A stretch of DNA of 64,000 nucleotides from Atractiella rhizophila (taxonomy: Eukaryota). Positions 27,476 through 40,742 of the stretch are shown piece by piece. Each line of letters starts with the position of its first letter. The stretch's first letter is position 1. The stretch covers positions 81,445-145,444 of the forward strand of contig MU271180.1 of the NCBI GenBank assembly GCA_021432655.1. Reading direction: 5' to 3'. Below the pieces are notes generated by a model. The model was not told the origin of the DNA. It did not search any database and saw only the letters and a list, made by a program, of their open reading frames with translations. The translations under genes were made by a program, and so were the position numbers.

Positions 27476-29328
27476 AAATCGCGTATGGCATGGCGACTCC
27501 ACGCGCCGTCCCTCTGCCCCCAACTTCAGCATATCGAGTTCCTGCGCCAGCCCCATACTCCTCCTCCCGCCCATTGCTGCCGCTCTCACTCTTCCCAGCG
27601 CCAACCCAGCGGCTGTACCTCGCGTCTTTCCTTTTGGCACTCCAGGCATTCAAACTCTACGATGCTGTCACAGCCAGCCCTCTGTTCTCAGAAACAGCAA
27701 CGGATAGAGGCATTAATTGGGTGTGGTGGAAGTGGTTCTTAGTAGATCTGGGCATTCTGTTGGGCTTGATGCGGGTGTTGGGTGTGCCTGGAATGGAAGG
27801 CCCAAGAGGATTGGGCATTGTGAAGGCGACATTGTTCGTAGGAATCGCGAATTGGGTGGTTCTGGGAAGATGGAAGGTATGTTTGCTCGTGATATCCTGG
27901 AATGGCACAAGTGGAGGCTGAACTCGAGAAGCACAAAGCCACTAAGATATGTAAAGCTTTCTACGTGACCATGAGCTCACGGGCCTTCAGAAGTGCCGTC
28001 ATAAAGTTCCTCTAGTGGTCTAGTAATCATTTGCAGAATCTTAGCTACCATTTAAAGACCTCGCATAAATGTGCTGTGTGAAAGAGCTCTCGCCACATAC
28101 ATGAGGGCGTGCGCTTTTATGTCGTTGGAAGCGTCGTCTTTGCTGCCTCCCGAGGGACCTTCTGTCTAACGTTTGTGCGGTACAGTGGCGCATACGGCTG
28201 ACAACGCTAGTGCCTTCATTCCTCCAAGGTAGAGTTTTCGTGTTCAATATGCCGCAGAGATTCATATCTGAATAGCACTTACGACATATTATCTTTCAAC
28301 GTCCGAGCATCGAGTGCGAATAATGGACGTCGTCAATTCGCATGACCACATTTTAGGTGTGCTTTGAGTTGACCTCAGTGTTGACATTCAGCGTTTGATA
28401 AAATCGCGTATGGCATGGCGACTCCACGCGCCGTCCCTCTGCCCCCAACTTCAGCATATCGAGTTCCTGCGCCAGCCCCATACTCCTCCTCCCGCCCATT
28501 GCTGCCGCTCTCACTCTTCCCAGCGCCAACCCAGCGGCTGTACCTCGCGTCTTTCCTTTTGGCACTCCAGGCATTCAAACTCTACGATGCTGTCACAGCC
28601 AGCCCTCTGTTCTCAGAAACAGCAACGGATAGAGGCATTAATTGGGTGTGGTGGAAGTGGTTCTTAGTAGATCTGGGCATTCTGTTGGGCTTGATGCGGG
28701 TGTTGGGTGTGCCTGGAATGGAAGGCCGAAGAGGAGTGGGCATTGTGAAGGCGACATTGTTCGTAGGAATCGCGAATTGGGTGGTTCTGGGAAGATGGAA
28801 GGTATGTCTGCTCGTGATATCCCGGAAAGGCACAAGTGGAAGCTGAAGTCGAGAAGCGCACAAATGCACTAAGATAAGCAAAGCTTTCTACGTGACCATG
28901 AGCTCATGAGCCTTCAGAAGTACCGTCACAAAGTTCCTTTTGGCAGTCTAGTAATCATTTGCAGAATCTCAGCTACCATTTAAAGACCTCGCATAAATGT
29001 GCTGTGTGAAGAGCTCTCGCCACATACATGAGGGCGTGCGCTTTGTTGTCGTTGGACGCGTCTTCTGTGCTGCCTCCCGAGGGAACTTCTGGCTAATGTT
29101 TGCGCTGTACAGTGGCGCATACGACTGACAACGCTAGTGCCTTCATTCCTCCAAGGTAGAGTTTTCATTTTCAGTGTGCCACAGAGATTCATATCTGAAT
29201 AGCACTTACGACATATTACCTTTCAACGTCTGAGCATCGAGTGCGAATAATGGACGTCGTCAATTCGCATGACCACATTTTAGGTGCGCTTTGAGTTGAC
29301 CTCAGTGTTGACATTCAGCGTTTGATAC
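27476..29328 (+). repeat. Direct tandem duplication, 27476-28400 and 28401-29328, of POM152 exons 1-3
   Basis: aaatcgcgtatggcatggcg recurs at +925; both copies end cagcgtttgata. Confidence 0.95.
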
Positions 29329-32300
29329 AGTTTCTTAGGGAAGCATACGGTGCACATTCTCCCTCATGCGTAGGTCTACTCCTTCCTTCATGTGTACCTC
29401 TCAATTTCTTTAATAGAACCGTAGACGTCAACCCACTCTCAAGCCCGTTTTGCCTCACGCTTCCACACTCTCCTGCGCGCTGGCCACACCCTCCATTATC
29501 CGTGTATTCCCCTTCGTCTTCGCACCAATTTCATGTCCCAATCCTTGTCAACAATTCCATACCTTACGAAGTGACGTACGAAATCACACCTTTAAGCGAC
29601 CATGGATCTAGCAAGAATGTAACGACGCGCAATATCATCCGTGTTTCTTCCACGAAGAAGAAAACGGATGACTATTATGACGATGTAGAAGACGAGGAAG
29701 ACGAGGAAGGGTATTTCTGGCCATTTTCAAAGAAACCGACTGTACAGCATCGCCATCCGGAACTTCTCACTTCCTTGGACCTCTCGCCCATGCAAAGCCT
29801 CTACACGCTGCCCATATCCTTGTCCTTCCCGGCCGTGATTAAGGTATTACAGGTAACAGACAAGTCCAAGAACGCGATTCGAGTTCGTCGACGATCCAGA
29901 GAGGTTTTCGTTGTCGAGTGCCCTTCCGCTACAATTCTACCACATCAGATGCATCGCTGTACGCGGGACGAGCCTTCAAGACTACTTGTAAAGCTTCGAG
30001 GTACACCACCATTCTCTTTTCGGTGGCACAGCATCTTCAGCACGCACAAACAATGGTTACGCTACACGCGAGAGCTCGAACAAGTGTCTTCACCGTCTGC
30101 CGATAAGACCAGCCAACAGCGATTTTCAGCCACTGTTGACTTTGGTGGTATTCCTGGGGAAAGAGAGGCACATTCTCTAGACGCTCTTTCTCCACCGGAT
30201 TTTGATTCACCGTTCCTCGTGGGTCATGCACGAAACTCTCCCGCCTTGGTCGATGCCAGCGATTACTCTTACGCTGAATCCACGACCATCGACGTTCCTC
30301 TCAATGTCTCGCATTCTAGAACCGGTGTTCAGACGTTCAAGATCGACGAGATCGTGGATGCGTTCGGGAATCGAGTCGATTTCGCTTCCATGCGGGAGAC
30401 AGAGGAGGGGAGATGGAAGCTTGCATCGGATGCATCGAAGAGAGTGAAGGCCAAAGTGACGGTACAGGACATTGAGCACACCACCAGCCTCGCCATTCAT
30501 CCACACCCTCAAGTGACCTTCATCAAGGATTGCGCCAGAGGTCTCCAGCAACCGTTAAAGCTGATAAAAGACAAGCAGATATCGATGCACCTCAAGATCG
30601 ATACAAAAGAGGATGATGCAGAGGAAGTGTTCAGCGTCGATGTCGATTATTTCCCTCCTGGTATGGAACCATTGGGTACCTTCCCCAGAGACGCACCGTT
30701 GCACGGATCGCCACAGCCTTGGTCACAGACATTCCAGCTACCTCAAAAGTCGAGGATCCTCGACGCCTCCCAAGAAGGAACTTACGAACTTAAACGCATA
30801 AGCGGAACCTGGTGTCCTGGAGAAGTCAAGAATCCATCAATAGTATGCACTGCAACCTACAATCTCCTCCTACTGATCATTACTGCAGTGTACTGTGGTT
30901 GAACAACCACTTCCATCTGCAGATTTGAGGTAAGTAGCGTTGCCCGGCAATGTCATGTCTGACAAGTTTGTCTTCAGTTTTACGAAGCTCGAAGATGCCT
31001 GTGCTGGCGAGATTGGTTTCAGCACATCCTTTGCTTTCACGGGTACCCCACCTTTCACAGTCCACTACGAAGTCTCCGACGTCACAGATGGGAAGAAGAA
31101 AGCTCGAGCCGTACCCATGATAGCACGATTCAAACATGTCAGGGAGGAGCAAGAGTTCAAGCCTGAAAGGGACGGAAAGTTCGAATACGTGTTCAAGACC
31201 TTGGATGATGCAGATTATAAAGGCATCTCACTCAACGATGCTACCATGACCCAACATGTTAGTAAGTCGATCACCGCCTCTTCCATCTCCCTCGACTAAA
31301 TTCGCACTGCAGAGCCACTTGCGTCCGCGAGATTCGTCACAGGGAGGAAAACTCAGCTTCGCGTCTGTGGTGATTCCAAAGAGGTCGAAGTACGTGTCGA
31401 GCTCACCGGAAAGGCGCCTTGGATTTTGGAATATGCCGTTGCTGGTCAAAAGGCTGAACGAACAAGTAAAATCGACTCAGAACACCATGTTCTAAAGATT
31501 TCCATTCCGAAACGAATAGCGAAATCCGGTGGTTCCTTTGTCTTAGCATTGGGCGAGTCCTCCTTATTTGGTTGCGAACGGAACTAACGATCTAGGTAAT
31601 TACAGTCAGCGTTACGGACGAACGCAATTGTCAAAGACCACTGACCGGAACGGAACTAACGATTGAAGTCCTCAAGAGCAAACCGACTGCTGCTTTCTAC
31701 ACTGGGATCGATGGGAAGCGATGGACATCAATTCGCCTATCAGAGACGGCCAAACTTCCATTGCGGCTGGCGGGTGAAGCGGTATGTTATCTCCTGCTTA
31801 GGACGAGTGGTGGTTGACATTTCCACCTGCAGCCTTGGAAGATTGTCTACCAACGCGACGGATCTGATAAGAGACACACGGCTGAAGCCAAATCTGCAAA
31901 CGATGAACTTACCGTTGATGAGGAAGGGACTTGGCGCTTGCTGGAAGTGAAAGATGCCTTTTGTCCTGGGCAAATTGTCCAGAAGGAAGCTGACTTTGTC
32001 GTTGAACGTTTGCCTCAACCCAAATTGGAACTGAGTTCGTCGACTGCGATCTTCAACTCAAAGAGAGGAGCGTTCATTCGAGAAGCTGTCTGTCGTGGCT
32101 CAGATGACAGTGTCCAGCTGATGCTCACAGGTTTGTCTACCTCACACTAAGAAGACGTTACTCAACGTGCACTAGGATCCGCTCCATACACAGTGAGCTA
32201 TGACTATACTTCTCCAGTAGGCGGTCCCAAGGAAGCAAAATCCTTTCAAACGATCCAAGATTCTGCTACCTTGGTGCTCCAAACCGATGAAGCGGGAAGA

Positions 32301-33433
32301 CACACGTACGACTTTACGGGCATTGCGGACTTCATCTATCCTCAAGCGTCGAAGGCAGGCATCATCACTCATGCAGATGCACCGAAGCGACTCCGGCTTG
32401 AACAAACGATCTACCCTCTGCCGACAGCATCTCTCAGTCACCCTTCCAATGGGGTATTTTGTGTAAACGACCGCCTTGCGTCCACCAGGACAAATCCTCT
32501 TCTTCTTAAGCTGGAAGGAGAGGCCCCCTTCAAGGTCGAACTCGAGTTGAGGGAAGAAGGATCAAGCTCGAAGACGAGAAATTTCATTCTTGAAGGCATT
32601 ACGAAGAAGGAGATGGAGCTGGATTTGGACTATCAACTTGATAATTCCGGACGGCATCAACTATTTGTCAGGTCGGTAGAAGACAAGAACTGTCGTTCCG
32701 AATCGCCTTACGCATCTACACTTGTCCAAGAATCTCCGTCTCTTATCACCTTCGAAGTAGCGGAGACGGCTGCCATCACTCCAGTCCAGGTTGCGCGGGA
32801 TCACTGTGTGGGAGACAAACTTGAATTCGTTCTGCAAGGCTCAGCTCCGTGGACAGTTGTTTCACAATTCAACAAGAAGACGCGACACATTAATGTGAAG
32901 ACCCCAAAGTTTACGAGAGTGGCTGAGGCTGCTGGAACGTTCCAGATCCTCTCAGTTTCTCACCGTGGAGAATGCGAAAGCGGCAATGTGAACATATGGA
33001 AGGAAATCCATGATATCCCAACCGTCAAAGTGAGCGAAGGCAAAAACTGGATTGAGGATATCCAGGAGGGTGATCAGGTCCGTTCTTTAGCTATATGCCT
33101 TTTTCAGATTCTGAATAGACGGAACAGACACAAATTGTCTTCACTTTCACTGGTGAACCCCCGTTTTCCTTTACCTACAACCGGATGGCTCCTCAGGATC
33201 GCTCGAGAGATAAAACCATCCTTGAATCGCATACTGTCAGGTTAGTTCTTTGGCCTTCACCCAATTGATCACCTTTGCTGACTCTGCACAGTGGAATCGA
33301 CTCCCACACCTATTCTATTTACACTAGTCAGGAAGGAACCTGGACTGTCTCCTTCATTTCAGACAAATATTGCGCCTTCCCGCCACTCGCCAGTCCAGAA
33401 GAAGTCGAGTCTCAACAGTATTTGACGAATTAA
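27490..33433 (+). CDS. POM152: Transmembrane nucleoporin Pom152 (alternative start 28415 in copy 2)
   Basis: QRLYLASFLLALQAFKLYD N-terminus and TM helices, HIL G|KHTVHILP, repeated Ig-like units (GTPPF, GEAPF, GSAPW), C-terminal SQEGTWTVSFISDKYC. Confidence 0.85.
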
Positions 33434-33744
33434 AATTCAAAGGGGTCCATGATCTTCGATGATATATGACGCCATGAAATTGCACAGGCTCCAGCTTTTC
33501 GATGGATTCAGTATAAACGTACCTAGTTTGTTCAGTTCTCATTTCTCTTCATGCTCCTCCGCACGCGCCTTATACGTCAGGCATCATGTAGTCATACATA
33601 CCAGCAAGCATTAAATGGAACGGCCATAATATCAAAGTACATGTGAACATGTAGCCTGAAAGTGAACCAAAGACTGGCAAACAAAAAAGTCAAAGCGTTC
33701 CTTAAACCGACAATCCCTCTCTGCCTCTTAGGCAAGCTCTCAAC

Positions 33745-36030
33745 ATGCAGCTGGCTAGCTCTCTTCACCGGCGCACGCTCTCCTATCTCTCCCACCCGTC
33801 CTCGCAATTACCCACGCTGAGACACCTCTCTCAACCCCTCCCCCATACACATCCTCACCTCCTCCGCCCCAACGAGCTCACCCCTGGCATCACTGTCGCG
33901 GAATACGAAGGCCGGAGACAGAATTTGATGCGTTCTCTTGAGCGGGATGGTGTGGTGCTGGTCAGCAGTGGCGAGGTGAAGTGGATGAGTGGAGCTGTTT
34001 TGTGAGTTTCCTCCATTTTTACTTTGAGGGAACAGCGGGTGTGAGGTTGAGGGTGTATCTTACACTTAAGGAGCTTAGCCCAGCTAGAAACTTCGGGCTG
34101 TTCCAGTCGTAGTAAGAGAGACTTTGCGGACGCGTCGCGTTGATACCGTGCAAACTACGACATAGTGTTGTGCGCTGCTTGCTGCACACTGTGCCTAGAT
34201 GATACGCAGCATAGCTTAAGCCTCTGAAATGAAGAGCAACAACAGTGCCTTCAAGTGATCTCTTCTACGTTTCTATGTGCCCCTCATGTCGCTGACGGAG
34301 ATTCTCTGCTCAATTGACATAAACCGAGAAATGTCGAGATTCTTGAGATGTTTTATCAGAAACTGAACATAGAGTAAACGCGTGAAGTCGATATTTCCTA
34401 GAAGGAATACTGATCTGCCTTTAATCGCCTCCAGTTATTCATTTCGACCGTCATCGTCATTTCTGTATTTGACTGGCTTTCTATCACCGTCATCATTTCT
34501 TCTTCTGGGTCCGTCGTTATTCCCAACCCCTTTCCATCAGCTTACAGCTTGTGCTGGATAGGTAGAAAAATCAGCATCATCCTCCAAGGGCTACGACATG
34601 ACACTCTTTGTACCGCCAACAGATCCCGAGCAAGAGCGATGGAACGGCTGGCGCACAGGTGGGTTCACCCCAATTTCTACTCCTGTATTGACTGCGGCAT
34701 AAAGGTCTCGATGAGATGCGCACCGTCTTTGGAGCTGATAAAGCCTATCCCAACGATGCACTTCCAAGAATACTGCGGGAGAAGTTGAGTGCACGGCGAG
34801 AGGGAACAATTTTCTTCGATTCTCCTGTCCCTTCATCCTCGTCATCTCGCTCAAACGGACAAACGCCATCGATGTTGTCCGTTCTATCGAAATCTTGGAA
34901 TTGGAAAGCTCCTTTTGCGAAGGCTGGGAAAGGAGATACGGACTATGTCATGAATGTGCTCAGTGGAGGAGGTGCGATGGAGGTAGGTTACTTATCGCGC
35001 TCATGATGTGTACCAACCAACCGTGCAGGTGAAAAGTTTGGACAAAGTATTGGATCCTATGCGGCTCATCAAGAGCGCTGCCGAGATTGCAGTCATGGAG
35101 AAGGCGGCATCAATAAGTGCTGGAGCCCATAGAGATGTACACTCCTCTACCCTCGTTTCTTACGTCCGCTAACTCTCGACTCCGCAGGTCATGGCGTTTA
35201 CACAAGAGACAGGAACGGAGCATGACATTGTCACTCGCTTTCGATATGCCAGTGGCATCCAGGGCTCAGAAGTCAGTCTTCATTGTTCCTCTATCCCGCG
35301 CAAACTGATCAGGAGCAAGCACAGAGAGAAGCCTACATCCCCGTCTGTGCTAGCACACCGTCGGACCCTCTCAAACCAATCCACTACACAACGAACCTTT
35401 CCCGCCTCTCACCCCACAACCTTGTGCTGCTAGATGCAGGAGCAGAGTATGGTCTCTACGCATCCGACATCACCAGGACATTCCCCGTATCCAAATCCTT
35501 CACGCCTGCCCAAGCAGAGCTTTATCAGGCTCTGTTGGAGTGTCAAAAGGAGACAATAGACATGATTGGAGGTTCTTCAGGAGGCTCATTGAATGCACTC
35601 CATCGTTTCAGCTTGGAAGCTCTAAGGGTGAACCTACTCCAGATTGGCTTCAAAATCGACATCGGCGTATTAGAGCGTGTGCTTTATCCTCATTTCGTTG
35701 GGCATTGGATTGGTCTGGGCAAGTTGGCGTTGTTTCTCTTCCGTCTGATAGTCTGATTATGCGGTAGATTTGCATGACACCAACTCCGTTGGTAGAGACA
35801 CTCGATTCGATAATGGGATGGTGATCACGGTCGAGCCCTCAGTCTTCGTACCCAAAGATCGAGGCTTTCCAAAAGCATTTGAGGGAATAGAGATGCGAAT
35901 AGAAGATCAGGTAGTCATTGAAACAAGAGGGGATGGACGATTACAAGGTCGAGTCATTACCCATGAAGCTCCGAAAGAGCTTGCAGCTGTAGAAGATGCC
36001 TGTCGTGCTAGAATAGACTCCAGCCGCTAA
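33745..36030 (+). CDS. ICP55: Mitochondrial intermediate cleaving peptidase (Xaa-Pro aminopeptidase, M24B)
   Basis: THPHLLRPNELTPGI, FYSFR...FLYLTGF, LVLLDAGAEYGLYASDITRTFP, YPHFVGHWIGL|DLHD, MVITVEP. Confidence 0.88.
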
Positions 36031-37173
36031 TCACCCCATATGTTGCTGCAACTTTATCATTATTTTCCTCTCGTAGGCGAATGGCGACAACTGCCACTTC
36101 AGTTATCATTGAGAAATCTGAGCGTGGCTTGACAGTCTGAAGGCTATATGCTTGGCCGAAGGACATTCTATTACGACGGTGCTGCTCATAACTTGAGTGA
36201 ATAGGGTCATGGAGTAGTGTGCTGCCAGCATTGCTGGATGACCGGCAGATGTTCTTTACATCCACGATTCACAAATTCATTGTCTTTGAAGCCAGCGACG
36301 AAGGTTCGACGAAGGTGTCTAGTCCAATCTTCCAAGCAGTCAACTCGCCAAGTTCCTAATAATCTAATAATCTAGTAAGATCGCTTCTCTTTTATGACGA
36401 AGAGCAGAGATCCAACAGGAAGATGTCTCAGGAAACAGGAGTGGAAACGATCTTAATTGAAAATTACCACTCCTTTAGTGCCCAATAAACACGCATATTT
36501 AACAATCATACCTCTCCCTCACGGCCATTCTGTCGACGGCACGCTCTTTGTCATAATCACATTGACATGGACTTCACCATGAAGGCCCTCGCCGATCATA
36601 TCTGAATGAGCGAATACGAAAGGCGACTCTGGGCCAAATGTTGACCTTTCGAACTTATTTATTGAAATCGACGTGGAACATGTGTTTGGCATTATCATCG
36701 TCTTCGTAAAGGATCTTCAAAAAGTCGAACACCTATTTCGCCGCGCTGATCCGCAAACTGTGCCCACCATTACGCTAGCTGGTGGATCTCACGCTGAACA
36801 ATTCTACTCAGCATGACCCATCAGAGGGTAGTCAGCCGTGCGATACTTGATAGGTTTCTGAAAGGTGCGTTTATGGACTGTCAACCCAGTTAGATTATCA
36901 CCTTGTTTAAGAATGATACTCACGAATGTCGCCCACGGGAGTGTCCCCAGTAAGAATATCGCAACGCTCTAGTACCAAGCTCTACATCGCTGGCTAATGC
37001 CGCTAGCAAAAATGTATCATGTATCATTAAAATAGAACATGTAGCAGTTTCGTTGCTTGCCTTTCTTGGAGCCGAACAGCAATTAGTAAACCTTGAGAAC
37101 CAAACAAAGGACATCCATTTTCTCTCAAAGCACTCCAATTCCCATCTATCACCCTCTTCTTATAATCGGTACC

Positions 37174-37904
37174 ATGGACGAGAATGTAGCATTCATAATA
37201 TCACTGGGCCTAATTTTTTTCTTTATACACTGGCTTAGTCCGTCCTTTCAATCATCCTCTCTGTGCTTTGCTAAACATTCTCACATGTTGCGTGCAGGTA
37301 AGCGGCCTAGCACTCCCTCTACCGCCAGGGCAGCTCCACGTCGTCAAGTACCTCAGTCAAAAATTGATCAAGTTGCGAGCATGTTCCCTACTCTCTCGAC
37401 GGGAAGCATAAAGTACGAGCTGGAGAAGAATGGAGCGAACGTGGAGCGAGCAGTGGAGAAGATTTTACTCGAGGGCTTTCTTCCTGAAGTCTGTCCCTCT
37501 CTCGTACTCTACAGCCGACTTTACACTAAATCAAATCTTTCAGCCCCCAGCGGGTTGGTTTGGCGAAGAGAACCCGCCACCGCGTCCTGCAGCACCTGCT
37601 CAATCTAATAATCGCTCGACAGCGATGACAGGGACCGCTGTGAAGCGAGAAACCTTGATTTCACGCTTAGGGATGGAAGCGAAAGTCGAGGAGCAGGATG
37701 CGGCTTGGAAGGAAGCAGGAATAGTAGGGGTCAGGGACTGGACAGAGGCGTTGCCAGATGGAGATTTGAAGGAGAGGAAAGTCAGGATGGTTTTGGACGC
37801 GAGGAGGTTCGTCCATTGCCACTCTCATTCTCTGTAGCAATGACCGATCCTTCACTAGGAAACTATTGGAAAAGGACGAGCGCGTGAGGAGGGGGGAGAC
37901 ATAG
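37174..37904 (+). CDS. Membrane-anchored CUE-domain protein (Cue1/Cue4-like)
   Basis: N-terminal TM helix, CUE motif QVASMFP...IKYELEKNG.NVERAVEKIL, C-terminal LKERKVRMVLDARR. Confidence 0.75.
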
Positions 37905-38243
37905 CCTTTCGATCCTTTAGTGTTGCAATTGCACTCCCTCTACACTATAACTTTCTAGCTTGCACCCGCCGATCCTTTGTTGCTCTTCACTCATTGCCAG
38001 CCGCATTGAATTTTGAGACTGTTCCGTCGAAAAATAGTCCGACTCACGCCTCAGGGCATCTTCCTTCAGGTGTTAGCCTAGGGCAAAGGCTTATAAGAAT
38101 CTTTCTGTATCAAGTCGAATCTCCCCGTAAATGCAATGGAACACTCTATCTTTTGAATTGCAACTATAATAACAAAAAGCGAACATTGTGAGTATTTCTA
38201 CATTTTACAGCAAGGAACCCAGTTAACAACAACCCATGGACGT

Positions 38244-39831
38244 TTAGTCGACTTCCTCGACTGACGGACCGTCACCTCCGGCACCAGGGAATCCACCAGG
38301 AGCACCGCCAGCTCCAGGGAAGCCACCAGGACCGCCAGCGCCAGGGAATCCACCCATTCCGGGCATACCGCCTGGGGCACCTCCCGCCGACTGGTAGAGA
38401 CGAGTAAGGATGGGATTTGCGATGGCCTCAATCTCCTTCTGCTTGTCCTGGTACTCCTCAGTCGCAGCCTCTTGGGAGGCGTCGAGCCAGGTGATGGTCT
38501 CCTGGATCGCCTTCTCGAGGTTCGTCTTGTCCTCGCCCTGAAGTTTGTCCTTCAAGTCACCCTCGATCGAGTTCTTGAGGTTGTAAACGTAGGATTCAAG
38601 ACCATTCTTAGCGCTGATACGGCTGGCGGCAGCTGCATCGCAATCAAGCCCAAATCAGTACTCCATTCTCAAATACCGATCAGAAATTGACATACCTTCA
38701 TCCTCAGCCTTATACTTCTCAGCCTCGGCAACCATGCGCTCAATCTCAGCCTGGGAAAGTCGACCCTTCTCGTTGGTGATCGTGATCTTGTTCGACTTTC
38801 CGGTGGTCTTGTCGGCGGCGTTGACATTCAAGATACCGTTGGCGTCGACGTCAAAGGTGACCTCGATCTGAGGAACACCACGAGGAGCAGGAGGGATACC
38901 GGACAGCTCGAATTTACCCAAAAGGTTGTTGTCCTTTGTCCGCGCTCGCTCTCCCTCGTAGACTTGAATCAAGACACCAGGCTAGTACAGGAAATCGAAG
39001 TCAGTCTTGACAGCCACACGAAGGGGACATGATGACATACCTGGTTGTCAGCGTACGTAGAGAAGATCTCAGACTTCTTGGTGGGCACAGTCGTGTTCCT
39101 CTTGATGAGAGCAGTGAAGACACCACCAGCGGTCTCAATACCGAGAGAAAGGGGAGAAACGTCGAGAAGAAGGATTTCCTGGGTCTTTTCAGAGGTGTCA
39201 CCGGAGAGGATGGCAGCTTGGACGGCAGCACCGTAGGCGACGGCCTCATCAGGATTGATGGACTTGTTGGGCTCCTTTCCGTTGAAAAAATCGGAAACGA
39301 GCTTCTGGATCCTTGGGATACGGGTCGATCCTCCAACGAGAACGATTTCGTGGACGTTGGCCTTGTCGATTTTGGAGTCGCGAAGGACTTTCTCGACGGG
39401 CTCCATTGTCGAACGGAAGAGGTCCTGGCAGAGTTCCTCGAAACGGGCTCGGGTGATAGAGGTGTAGAAATCGATGCCCTCGAAGACTATATCCATTATG
39501 TATCAGCATCTGTTAATCGCGAAATCAACAGAGTAACTCACGAGAATCGATCTCGATGGAGGTCTGAGCGGCGGAAGAGAGAGTTCGCTTCGCCCTTTCG
39601 CAGGCAGTTCTCAGACGACGAACGGCACGAGCATTTCCAGAGATATCTGCTAAGCCTGTTAGCGCGCCATTCATGAAGATGAGCAGTGAAAGCGTACCTT
39701 TCTTGTTCTTCCTCTTGAACTCCTGAATGAAGTGGTTGACAAGTCGGTTGTCGAAATCCTCACCACCAAGATGGGTATCTCCCGCCGTCGCCTTGACTTC
39801 GAAAATTCCGTCCTCGATTGTGAGGAGAGAC

Positions 39832-39863
<32 letters not shown>

Positions 39864-40615
39864 CAACACGTTCCTCTCACCCTCCACCTTTTTGTCGAGT
39901 CCATAAGCGATGGCGGCGGCGGTGGGCTCGTTAATGATACGGAGAACGTTGAGTCCAGAGATGGCGCCAGCATCTTTCGTTGCTTGACGCTGGGAGTCGT
40001 TGAAGTAAGCGGGGACAGTGACGACGGCGTCCTTGACCGCCTTTCCGAGGTAAGCCTCAGCCTGTCGAGATCGTCAGTTCTCATCGCACATCATCGTAAA
40101 GTAGGGAACTCACGGTCTCCTTCATCTTCATCAGAACCATGGAGGAAATCTCCTCAGGCGTGAATTCCTTCTCCTCTCCCTTGTATTCGACCTTGATCAC
40201 TGGCTTATCCCCAGCCTTGGCCACAACCTTGAAAGGCCAGTGCTTCATATCAGCCTGCACCTCGGGTTCAGCGAACTTGCGTCCGATCAAACGCTTCGCA
40301 TCGAACACGGTGTCTACGCCACACCATCAGTATACAGCCGCTTCCATAGGACGAAGATCACGCACTGTACGGGTTCATGGCGACTTGATTCTTAGCCGCA
40401 TCACCAATGAGACGCTCGGAATCGGTGAAGGCGACATAGGAAGGGGTGGTACGGTTACCCTCTGCACATCGAAAGGTGAATCAGCATCTTTGCATCACTT
40501 CCCGATCGAAAGGAGACAACTCACGATCATTGGCGATGATCTCGACTCGATCGTTCTGCCAGACACCAACACAGGAATAAGTCGTCCCCAAATCAATTCC
40601 AATAGCTTTCGACAT
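38244..40615 (-). CDS. HSP70: Cytosolic Hsp70 (Ssa-type)
   Basis: [41 protein letters not shown]-terminal GPSVEEVD. Confidence 0.97.
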
Positions 40616-40700
40616 GTTTCCCTTGCGCTATTTAGTCTAGTGGCGTGAAGATGTGATCGTTGTTTTTTTTTTTGCTGGAGTGAGTGTGCGATGGCCTGTC

Positions 40701-40742
40701 TTTTATACAGAGTTTATGGAAAGTTTTGGAGCTTTCTAGAAG
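40701..40742 (-). promoter_or_regulatory. TATA box and heat-shock element upstream of HSP70
   Basis: TATAAAA on the minus strand at 40701-40707; alternating units GAA-ag-TTT-tg-GAG-ct-TTC-ta-GAA at 40719-40741. Confidence 0.7.

Noticed and set aside
36050..37100. Possible gene relic between ICP55 and the CUE gene
   Set aside because: Only short stop-interrupted frames; nothing assignable.
39029..40648. Long antisense ORFs over HSP70 (also 63151-63939 over KAR2)
   Set aside because: Known by-product of codon bias in Hsp70 genes; they ignore intron structure.
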